Below are positions 31,341 through 38,806 of a DNA stretch of 44,063 nt, piece by piece (position 1 is the stretch's first letter; each line of letters opens with the position of its first letter). Under the pieces are notes generated by a model. The model saw only the letters and a program-made list of their open reading frames with translations, ran no database searches and was not told where the DNA came from. The stretch lies in the IMG/VR virus record IMGVR_UViG_3300045988_104774. One strand, given 5' to 3'. This stretch comes from a virus. Position numbers and translations under genes: made by a program.

Positions 31341-31724
31341 ATGTATAGTAACTTTGAAAAGTTATGCTCCGAAAGAAACGTAACCCCTTACCGTGTATGC
31401 AAAGAAACGGGCATTCCAACTGCTACGATAAGCAATTGGAAAGCCGGACGATACACACCTAAACAGGATAAGTTAAAAAGGATTGCTGATTTTTTCGGTG
31501 TATCTGTTGACTTCTTAATAACAGGGAAGGAGGAAACTGCCGTTTCACAAGAAACACACATTGATTTAAAAGCGGAATTTAACCGCATCAAGAAACTGTT
31601 GGAAAGCGGGGAAAACGCACCGTTGTACTTTGACGGGCAACCCGCAGATCAGGAGAGCATCAACTTGCTGCTCGACCAGATCAAGATATCCGTTGCGCTT
31701 ATGGAACGTATGCGCAAAAAATAG
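31341..31724 (+). CDS. phage repressor, XRE-family HTH (ImmR/CI-like)
   Basis: NVTPYRVCKETGIPTATISNWKAGRYTPKQDKLKRIADFFGVSVDFL; followed by an ImmA-like gene. Confidence 0.75.
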   Translation: MYSNFEKLCSERNVTPYRVCKETGIPTATISNWKAGRYTPKQDKLKRIADFFGVSVDFLITGKEETAVSQETHIDLKAEFNRIKKLLESGENAPLYFDGQPADQESINLLLDQIKISVALMERMRKK

Positions 31725-31736
31725 GAGAGGTAGAAC

Positions 31737-32162
31737 ATGACAGATGCAAAAAGGACAGCCGTTGAGCTATCGAAGAAATACCACACAAATGAACCGTTCG
31801 AATTAGCCGAACAGTTGGGGGTATATACACAGGTTGGACCTTTGGGGAAGATATTCGGATGCTGTTTAACCATAGCGGGGCAACGCTTTATATATATCAA
31901 CAGCGATCTGGATACACCTACACAAAAGATGGTAGCGGCTCATGAACTGGGCCACGCCGTGATGCACCGGGAAGACTACTTCTTTTTTAACTGGATGAAC
32001 GATACGACATACCGGAGCCGGGCAGAGATCGAAGCGCACACTTTTGCCGCAGAACTGCTTGTACCGGACAGTGTTGTACTGGAACATCCTGGATTTACAT
32101 TGAATCAGCTATCCGCATTAACCGGATATGCAGAAAATTTTTTGAAATTTAAGAAAATTTGA
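31737..32162 (+). CDS. ImmA/IrrE-family zinc metallopeptidase
   Basis: HELGHAVMH (HEXXH) in a 141-aa protein downstream of the HTH repressor. Confidence 0.75.
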   Translation: MTDAKRTAVELSKKYHTNEPFELAEQLGVYTQVGPLGKIFGCCLTIAGQRFIYINSDLDTPTQKMVAAHELGHAVMHREDYFFFNWMNDTTYRSRAEIEAHTFAAELLVPDSVVLEHPGFTLNQLSALTGYAENFLKFKKI

Positions 32163-32170
32163 GGTTTTTA

Positions 32171-32812
32171 ATGAACACCACAATAAAAGGAATCCGGCAG
32201 GAGCTTTTATATTCTGATAAGAGTTTTTTGTTGTCCGAGTTTTTAATGCCATCGAAAGCATCTTCTTTCAGAAAAATAAAGGAAATAGCATATTGCTATG
32301 GAGATTATGGGAGATTTGGATATCTGAGATTCCACGGAAAAAACGGTTCGGTTGAAACATTCTTGTTTCGGAAAAATAAAAACGAACAGGTTTCAGAATT
32401 TTTAGATACCGTCCAAATTGGCTATCCAGATGTGAAACTGAAAGAACAGTATGAAAGAATTGATTGCAGATCTGCATATAATTACATGCCCGGAAGAAAA
32501 AAGGCATTATGCTGGATATCTGCCTTCATCATTCTTCTGGTGTCATTTTTTTACTACATGGATAATACGTCTGACCTCCTGCATACTAAAAGAATAACGC
32601 TCGAAGAATATAACAAATGCCAAATCGGGATGACATATGAACAGTGCGAGGATATAATTGGTTTCGCCGGAACTCCGCTTGCTGAGTCCGATATTATAGA
32701 TACAAACATGACAGCATATATGTGGTACGCCGATGAATATAGCGGCGCAAACGCAGAGTTATACTTTATGGACGGCAAGCTATATCAGAAAGTACAAATC
32801 GGCTTGGAATGA
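32171..32812 (+). CDS. membrane protein with a C-terminal DUF3862/BLIP-like domain candidate
   Basis: Start trimmed to MNTTIKG; hydrophobic ALCWISAFIILLVSFFYY; C-terminal ITLEEYNKCQIGMTYEQCEDIIG.. Confidence 0.45.
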   Translation: MNTTIKGIRQELLYSDKSFLLSEFLMPSKASSFRKIKEIAYCYGDYGRFGYLRFHGKNGSVETFLFRKNKNEQVSEFLDTVQIGYPDVKLKEQYERIDCRSAYNYMPGRKKALCWISAFIILLVSFFYYMDNTSDLLHTKRITLEEYNKCQIGMTYEQCEDIIGFAGTPLAESDIIDTNMTAYMWYADEYSGANAELYFMDGKLYQKVQIGLE

Positions 32813-32830
32813 TATTTGGGAGCTTGTAGT

Positions 32831-33385
32831 ATGAAAAAAGGTTGTTTGTACTGGTTGGTACTCGGTTGGTGGCTCGAACCTATACTGTATTTGATAAAAC
32901 AAACTCGTATTGTTGTATGGATAGCTGCTGTAGCGGTGCTTATGGGATTTTTGATAATGGCCGGAGCTTTCCTTGTTGCTATGGCGTTCATATTTGCCGT
33001 TCTGGCCGTTTTCATCATCATAGCCAGTATGATTATCGGATTGATACAAAAAATCCATTCTCGGCGCACTTGTGGCACTGATATGGAAAACCTACACGCA
33101 GAAGAGCTTGAAGAGCAAGAAGAAGTAAATGAACAATGCTGGCCGAAGCCTATAACTGTATGTATTCCACAATCGGAGATGGTTCCGAAAGAAACCAAGA
33201 AAGCAGAGTTGGGACCAGTAAAAAAGCCAGCACCTGCACAGGTAAAGAAGCCAGAAATGTCAGATGAACAAGCTTTAATGTATGGATTGATCTGCAACGC
33301 ATATCTTAACCACCAGGAAGAAATGGAACAATACGAACCACATGAAAGAAACAACGAAAAAGGCGATATACGAGATAATCTGTGA
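32831..33385 (+). CDS. multi-pass membrane protein with a charged C-terminal tail
   Basis: Start trimmed to MKKGCLYWLVLGWW; long hydrophobic block, then an E/K/P-rich tail. Confidence 0.5.
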   Translation: MKKGCLYWLVLGWWLEPILYLIKQTRIVVWIAAVAVLMGFLIMAGAFLVAMAFIFAVLAVFIIIASMIIGLIQKIHSRRTCGTDMENLHAEELEEQEEVNEQCWPKPITVCIPQSEMVPKETKKAELGPVKKPAPAQVKKPEMSDEQALMYGLICNAYLNHQEEMEQYEPHERNNEKGDIRDNL

Positions 33386-33416
33386 TTCTACGGAACCGCA
33401 GACGGAATTAAGCTAT

Positions 33417-33620
33417 CTACTTACCTTTCGGTCCAGATGGTTCTTGATCTGCTGATTGAGAATCAGATTGTTGAGCTGGATGAGCGCCAGATTCAAAAAC
33501 TTCTCTTACAGCAGCTTTCATCTGCCGCAGAGGAGAGGGGGAATTCTCAGGAGTGACGATGCTTTCCAGACGCTCAACACGATTTACTAAGTTATTCCAT
33601 CGTTTTTTTGATATAAACAT
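33417..33620 (-). CDS. hypothetical small protein divergent from int
   Basis: 67-aa ORF; TGaTATGAT extended -10 and an AACCTATGGTT palindrome upstream. Confidence 0.4.
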   Translation of the reverse strand: MFISKKRWNNLVNRVERLESIVTPENSPSPLRQMKAAVREVFESGAHPAQQSDSQSADQEPSGPKGK

Positions 33621-33655
33621 AAAATACCATCCTTTTTATTTTTATCATATCAGAA

Positions 33656-33668
33656 AAACCTATGGTTA
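33656..33668. promoter_or_regulatory. palindrome AAACCTATGGTTA, identical to 30329..30341
   Basis: Read directly, in the int / 33620 divergent intergenic region. Confidence 0.6.
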
Positions 33669-33836
33669 TATCACCAATATAAAAAACGCCCGGCGCTACC
33701 AACACCAGACGTTTTGCGGATGTGATAAAAAATCACAAACCTACACCGATATAATATCACATCCGGTAGCAGTCACGCAAGATAAATTATCAAAATCTGG
33801 TGGCTGTATTTTTTATACCCAAAAAGGAGTGATACT

Positions 33837-34919
33837 ATGGCAAAAGCAAAAAAATTACCCTCCGGATCATGGAGAGTCCAGGTATTTGACAGATTTGAGG
33901 ATGTACGAGATAAGAACGGGAAGCCGGTTCTGGATGATAAAGGCAAGACGAAGAAAAAGAGAATCTACAAATCATTCACAAACGATGACCCTACACTAAA
34001 AGGGAAGAGGGATGTTGAGCGGGAAGCTGCTATATGGGCCGCAAGCAAGGAAAACGAATCAAACACCCACGCGGAATTAACATTAGGCGAAGCCACCGAT
34101 CTATACATAAGCCAGCGTTCCGCTGTGCTGTCTCCTTCAACTGTGAGGGAATACAAAAACTCCAGAAAAAGAGATTTACAAGGGCTGATGAATGTAAAGC
34201 TTCAAGGCATCACGCAGGACATGATACAGGCAGCTATAAATCAAGAAGCACTCTCCCACTCTCCTAAGTCTGTAAGGAATATGCACGGGCTTCTCACGGC
34301 TGTCCTTGCCACTTACAGACCCGGCTTCGCAGTCCGCACAAAGCTGCCGGCAAAAGTAAGACCTGATCTTTATGTCCCATCTGACGCAGATATAAAAAAG
34401 CTGTTGGCCTACGCAAAAGGAACTGACATGGAGCTTCCTATACTCCTTGCGGCGTTCGGGCCGATGCGGCGAAGTGAAATATGTGCGCTGGAATCTGACT
34501 GCATTGACGGTAATGTGGTGCACGTTGCTTATGCACTCGTACAGAACGACAAAAAAGAATGGGTGAAAAAGAGTCCAAAGAGCTACGCAGGGGACCGGTA
34601 CATCCCTTACCCATCGTTTGTGTCGGATATGTTTAAAGAAAAGCCAGGCCGCATTGTTGATATGACGCCGATGCAGATCACAAAGAAGTTTTCCCGGCTG
34701 TTAAAAAATGCCGGTCTTCCACACTTCCGGTTCCATGACCTGCGGCACTACTCCGCTTCCATACAGCACGCTATAGGGATTCCAGATGCTTACATCATGC
34801 AGCGCGGCGGGTGGGGAAACGATGGAGTATTGAAGCAGGTCTACAGGCACGCTATGATAAGCCAGGAAAAAGACATGAGCAAAAAAGCGAATGACTATTT
34901 TTCAAAAATCGCAAAATAA
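33837..34919 (+). CDS. int: tyrosine integrase
   Basis: FHDLRHYSAS .. GGWGNDGVLKQVYRH (box II, catalytic Tyr); adjacent attP. Confidence 0.9.
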   Translation: MAKAKKLPSGSWRVQVFDRFEDVRDKNGKPVLDDKGKTKKKRIYKSFTNDDPTLKGKRDVEREAAIWAASKENESNTHAELTLGEATDLYISQRSAVLSPSTVREYKNSRKRDLQGLMNVKLQGITQDMIQAAINQEALSHSPKSVRNMHGLLTAVLATYRPGFAVRTKLPAKVRPDLYVPSDADIKKLLAYAKGTDMELPILLAAFGPMRRSEICALESDCIDGNVVHVAYALVQNDKKEWVKKSPKSYAGDRYIPYPSFVSDMFKEKPGRIVDMTPMQITKKFSRLLKNAGLPHFRFHDLRHYSASIQHAIGIPDAYIMQRGGWGNDGVLKQVYRHAMISQEKDMSKKANDYFSKIAK

Positions 34920-34982
34920 ATCACTATTTTGTGGGGTAAAACGGGATAAGATATGGGGCAATAAACAGGTGCTTCGGATGGG

Positions 34983-35007
34983 CTATGCAACACGAAATGC
35001 AACACGA
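34983..35007 (+). repeat. 25-bp direct repeat, left copy (CTATGCAACACGAAATGCAACACGA), candidate arm-type Int site
   Basis: Identical to 35188..35212; each copy contains ATGCAACACGA twice. Confidence 0.85.
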
Positions 35008-35040
35008 TGAGTCAAGAATGCTTATTTTAAGCCATATGAT

Positions 35041-35076
35041 GCCGAGAGGTCGCAGGTTCAAATCCTGTTGCCCCGA
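35041..35076 (+). other. attP core candidate: 3' portion of a tRNA gene (variable loop, T-arm, acceptor 3' strand)
   Basis: gaggtc GCAGG ttcaaat CCTGT tgccccg a; no matching D-arm or anticodon arm upstream. Confidence 0.6.
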
Positions 35077-35084
35077 TTAACTGG

Positions 35085-35127
35085 AAAGCCGCATAGAACC
35101 TAGATCTTAGGTTTTATGCGGCTTTTG
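35085..35127 (+). terminator. long hairpin terminator directly after the tRNA-like segment
   Basis: AAAGCCGCATA..AACCTA gatct TAGGTT..TATGCGGCTTT then T-run. Confidence 0.65.
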
Positions 35128-35187
35128 CTATTATAAGTATTTATCACTCGTTACATAAATATATCAAAAATAGTACATTTTTAAATA

Positions 35188-35212
35188 CTATGCAACACGA
35201 AATGCAACACGA
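35188..35212 (+). repeat. 25-bp direct repeat, right copy
   Basis: Identical to 34983..35007. Confidence 0.85.
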
Positions 35213-35299
35213 ATTATTCTGGATGGGCGGTGTATCCATCATCTCAAATACTCCATTTGGAGTGTGTCGGGAACCATTGCCGACCTCAGAATATTCGCA

Positions 35300-35560
35300 T
35301 TATTTCACGCCAGGACCATGCTCTGGATCCTGATCGTGATTGTGACGTGCGCTGTCTGGGGTAGTGCCTGCATCAATGACACCGTTTACCGGATGACCGC
35401 CGCCAGCCGGTTTTCCTACGCCCGGGCCGGAATTAACATAGTGACCACAGTCATCATCTGCCGGAGACAGGTTGTGATGATCGTTGATATCGCAGTGCGC
35501 TGCATCATGAGGTGCACAGTCGCGGTGTAACGGTTCCTGGGTGTTCATTTCTTTTTCCAT
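35300..35560 (-). CDS. His/Asp/Gly-rich small protein (moron candidate)
   Basis: Start trimmed to MEKEMNTQEPLHRDCAPHDAAHCDINDHHN..; GC-rich island next to attP; the opposite-strand ORF has no usable RBS. Confidence 0.4.
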   Translation of the reverse strand: MEKEMNTQEPLHRDCAPHDAAHCDINDHHNLSPADDDCGHYVNSGPGVGKPAGGGHPVNGVIDAGTTPDSARHNHDQDPEHGPGVK

Positions 35561-35894
35561 AAGTGTTTTTCCTTTCTTTCTGTAAGATTTTTGATACATT
35601 TATGGTACTATTTTTTCGCCGTTTGAGTGTCCCCAGCAAAATAGTTCTTTTGATGTGCTCAACACCAAGACAATAAATAGATATCTTCATGTCGTAGCGG
35701 ATTCTATAGTGTTATTCCGTCCAAGCAGCTGGTTTTATGTAAAAGATTTTGGCACATATATTCCAGACGAGAGGGTATGTTTTATTAAAGATACGAATAC
35801 CTTAACCATTTATTTTCTTAATTCTGACGGAACAGAATCAATAGGCACAAATGAGTCTGATAGGTTTATGGGAGTGTTATTATGGAATATTTGA

Positions 35895-36473
35895 TTATTT
35901 AATGTAATATAAATTCCAATCATCTGCATAGGTTGAGAACCGACCCGTCCATAACTTACCATTCCATAGATTTGTAGCAAAAAATCCATAATTTGCATTG
36001 TCTCCAGCTACCAAAATGATAAAGTTTCCACTTTCTCCAAAAAATGAAGTATTCACACTGTTCAGTATGGTTACAATGGAATAACTCAATTTCCCACCAT
36101 TTATAGATGCCGATATGAAGCTTTTAATGTCATGGTCTGTGGTTGATGCCGTTGCTATTAATTGTTTTCGTGTTAAAGAACTATATAGCGAGTTAACGCC
36201 GCTGGACAGATCGGTCATGCCGCCGGTCAGCGCAGCTGTGCCGATCTTATTTTCAGCATCCACAAGGCGGCTTTCCTGCCCCTGTATAACATCGACAGCA
36301 GCATTTAACAGGTTTGTCACTCTCATGATTCCCTGTTCCGCGTGATTTAGATGCTCTGCATCAAGGTCTGGTTCAGAGTTATCAACGTACTCAGTTGGAA
36401 CATACGCTTCTATTTTTGCAAGCGCTGATGCTAGTGCTTGCGCTACTGGTAAAGATACGTTTTCGTCACTCAT
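35895..36473 (-). CDS. tail fibre / receptor-binding protein candidate
   Basis: Last gene of the tail module, 192 aa. Confidence 0.45.
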   Translation of the reverse strand: MSDENVSLPVAQALASALAKIEAYVPTEYVDNSEPDLDAEHLNHAEQGIMRVTNLLNAAVDVIQGQESRLVDAENKIGTAALTGGMTDLSSGVNSLYSSLTRKQLIATASTTDHDIKSFISASINGGKLSYSIVTILNSVNTSFFGESGNFIILVAGDNANYGFFATNLWNGKLWTGRFSTYADDWNLYYIK

Positions 36474-36484
36474 AATTATCTCCT

Positions 36485-37495
36485 TTATTTATTAAATTTA
36501 ATGTAGCGAACTTTCGATACAAACGCGCTTGTATTATAATCTGCTGGAATTCTAAAGGGTAGAAATGTAACAAAATTGTATTGGCCTGAGTTTGGTATAG
36601 TATATGTTCTTGTTATCCATGCATCTTCGTCCGATGTTGTATCAAGGTGATATAATTCAAATGCCCCAAGAGTACCTGAATAAAAACTTCCGTTCCTATA
36701 TAAAGGATTCTCATAGAAAACGCCTGGTCTGTTTTGAGATAGTATAAACACAGACAAGTCCTGGTCATAAGCTCTTGCTGGCAATGTGTAACATATCGTT
36801 ACGCTTTTTGCGGATCCGATATTTATTTGTTTTTCGAACGTCACAAACGGAGCCACCGCAGTTGCGGGTGCAGAACGTATTCTTTTCCCCTCAATTCTAA
36901 TGCATTTTCCTTGCAAAGAATCATCTACATCATAACTCCAATCTACAGACATCTGAGCATACACAGATGTTTTGTAATTGTCCCAAGATGACCCGGCACT
37001 ACTAGGATTTTGGTAAAACGCACTGTCATAAAAGCCAGTTTGTCCAGGTGGAAACACACCATACCAATACGGCGTAAGCTGATCTGTATTCACATATCCT
37101 TCGAATGTGCCAGCGACAGAACCGATAAAAGCACCTTTTTTGATGTTCTCGGGCTTCAAATTATCCACGCCAGTTACAACTATGTCTCCGGTCATATACT
37201 TACCGGATATATTGAGCAAGGATCCATTTGCGACCGGATCAACAGTCATTTCACCCTTTGTAACAATATTCTGAGTTACAGCAGATCCTGCATCGACATA
37301 TCCAGCCGGAATAACATACGTCTCGTTTGCCCCAAGCACCTTACTGATCCTTCCGATCTTTTTCTGGATTCCAGTCTGAATCTCATCTGTTCCGGATCCA
37401 TAAAACTTTTCTCCGGCCACAACGTCCGCTGGTGCGGCTGTAAGATCTGAAACATCTACTGCGCCGCCCTGACGCTTAATTATACACTCTCCCAT
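36485..37495 (-). CDS. tail fibre protein (long paralogue)
   Basis: N-terminal ~135 aa homologous to 37495..37902 (..YMTGD..V..LKPENIKKG..G..GT.EGY). Confidence 0.5.
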   Translation of the reverse strand: MGECIIKRQGGAVDVSDLTAAPADVVAGEKFYGSGTDEIQTGIQKKIGRISKVLGANETYVIPAGYVDAGSAVTQNIVTKGEMTVDPVANGSLLNISGKYMTGDIVVTGVDNLKPENIKKGAFIGSVAGTFEGYVNTDQLTPYWYGVFPPGQTGFYDSAFYQNPSSAGSSWDNYKTSVYAQMSVDWSYDVDDSLQGKCIRIEGKRIRSAPATAVAPFVTFEKQINIGSAKSVTICYTLPARAYDQDLSVFILSQNRPGVFYENPLYRNGSFYSGTLGAFELYHLDTTSDEDAWITRTYTIPNSGQYNFVTFLPFRIPADYNTSAFVSKVRYIKFNK

Positions 37496-37902
37496 TAGCT
37501 GTACCCCTCATAAGTTCCGGTAACTCCAAGTATAGTTACGCCTTTTTTGATGTTTTCTGGCTTAAGTCCGGTAAGTGGTGCCACATATACATCGCCAGTC
37601 ATGTATTTATTCGCGGTTTGCACAGTCTGTTTTTCACTGGTTGGATATACTGTACCGCCTGAGCTTGTCTGCAAACTCTGTACCACCTTGCCGTTTCCAG
37701 AATGGATTCCTTGCGGTATGGTGTAAGATCCATTCAGCGGTAGCGTTACTGTTTCTGCCGCAATCTCGGTAACAGTTCCTGTCTGTATGCTGTCGCTTCC
37801 GGATCCATAAAACGTTTTCCCATTCCTAACCTTATCCGGCGTAGCCGTAAGCTGTGAATCATCAAAACCAGACCCGCCACGTAATACTATCGCATCTGCC
37901 AT
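37495..37902 (-). CDS. tail fibre N-domain paralogue (short)
   Basis: 135 aa aligning with the N-terminus of 36485..37495; ATGA overlap. Confidence 0.5.
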   Translation of the reverse strand: MADAIVLRGGSGFDDSQLTATPDKVRNGKTFYGSGSDSIQTGTVTEIAAETVTLPLNGSYTIPQGIHSGNGKVVQSLQTSSGGTVYPTSEKQTVQTANKYMTGDVYVAPLTGLKPENIKKGVTILGVTGTYEGYS

Positions 37903-37904
37903 AT

Positions 37905-38369
37905 TTACACTCCTTTTATAGCTACGGTAAAATCTACCGTCGGCTTTGAGTTATAGCAATAAAGTGCAAGCTGGCCTCCTCCGGAAACAGCGCGATCAAC
38001 ATATCCATATGCTTTGCCTTGCGCCTTTGCATCTGAGGATGTGGTGCCGTCTGCAATATGTAAAGATATGATAGGCACATCGTTTACCGTCATACCCTGT
38101 ACTACAACACGCTGAATATAAGGCGCGGACTGAGACCAATCAGCGGCTTTAAATGTGGCATACCGCAACTTTTGTATGTCCGCTATATCACCAGCGTTTT
38201 GGTTAACCGCCTTATTTGTTGCATTAACATCTCCTGCGCTGTAGATATCACCATCTTGCGTGTAATCAGTGACATCATCAAATGATACTGTTCCATCATC
38301 GTTCTGAATCATTCGATAGCGCCGTTTTCCAGAATAAATATCGTCTTTATAATCCGTTTTTAAACTCAT
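37905..38369 (-). CDS. tail/baseplate-associated hypothetical protein
   Basis: Position in the distal tail module. Confidence 0.45.
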   Translation of the reverse strand: MSLKTDYKDDIYSGKRRYRMIQNDDGTVSFDDVTDYTQDGDIYSAGDVNATNKAVNQNAGDIADIQKLRYATFKAADWSQSAPYIQRVVVQGMTVNDVPIISLHIADGTTSSDAKAQGKAYGYVDRAVSGGGQLALYCYNSKPTVDFTVAIKGV

Positions 38370-38806
38370 AGATTAACTCTCCTGTTCCCAAAGCCGCGAG
38401 ACCCAAGGTTAAAACTCAGATGATTCAGCCCCGGCTCAATTTTTTCTGCAATCATGCCGATATCGTAAATGATCTGTTCTATGGCATTTGCCTGCCAAAT
38501 GGACGTATACGTTATCTTTGCAGGAGTCAAAGGAGTGCTGACCGGTGCATAAAACGCGGAGCGAATAGAATTGATATTTGATCTAAGACGCTCCATATCT
38601 TTTTCAGTCCGGAAATCATTCATGCACCAGTTCGTCTTGTTTCGCGTAGTGTTTTTGTATCCGCACCTATTTAATACATAAGACACCCATTTTACTGCCG
38701 TTTCCACACGGTTTAAATCCTGATAGTCTATATACGCTTTCTTTGTAAGGGACTCAATATCGGCCTGAGTCCGATCAAATACAAGTCCGTTGAGAATATC
38801 ACTCAT
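38366..38806 (-). CDS. tail/baseplate-associated hypothetical protein
   Basis: Position in the distal tail module; overlapping starts and stops. Confidence 0.45.
   Translation of the reverse strand: MSDILNGLVFDRTQADIESLTKKAYIDYQDLNRVETAVKWVSYVLNRCGYKNTTRNKTNWCMNDFRTEKDMERLRSNINSIRSAFYAPVSTPLTPAKITYTSIWQANAIEQIIYDIGMIAEKIEPGLNHLSFNLGSRGFGNRRVNL

Noticed and set aside
32785-33354. 189-aa minus-strand ORF opposite 32831..33385
   Set aside because: The plus-strand frame continues the lysogeny operon, has a GGGAG RBS and clear TM segments. The minus frame is Ser/Cys-rich with no signals.
34954-35076. A complete tRNA gene at attP (TGGGGCA at 34954 can pair with TGCCCCG at 35069)
   Set aside because: The span is 123 nt, with no D-arm and no 7-nt anticodon loop. 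Only the 3' third is tRNA-like.
35264-35530. 88-aa hydrophobic plus-strand ORF opposite the His-rich gene
   Set aside because: It has a GTG start with GGAG only 2 nt away. It probably reflects open frames in GC-rich DNA, but it cannot be fully excluded without expression data.
35655-35894. 79-aa plus-strand ORF convergent with the last tail fibre gene
   Set aside because: It has only a GTG start, with no RBS or convincing promoter, and lies in AT-rich DNA. It is left unannotated as a low-probability moron.
36485-37902. Diversity-generating retroelement acting on the fibre genes
   Set aside because: There is no reverse transcriptase anywhere in the genome and no template/variable repeat pair with adenine-specific differences. 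The similarity is ordinary paralogy.
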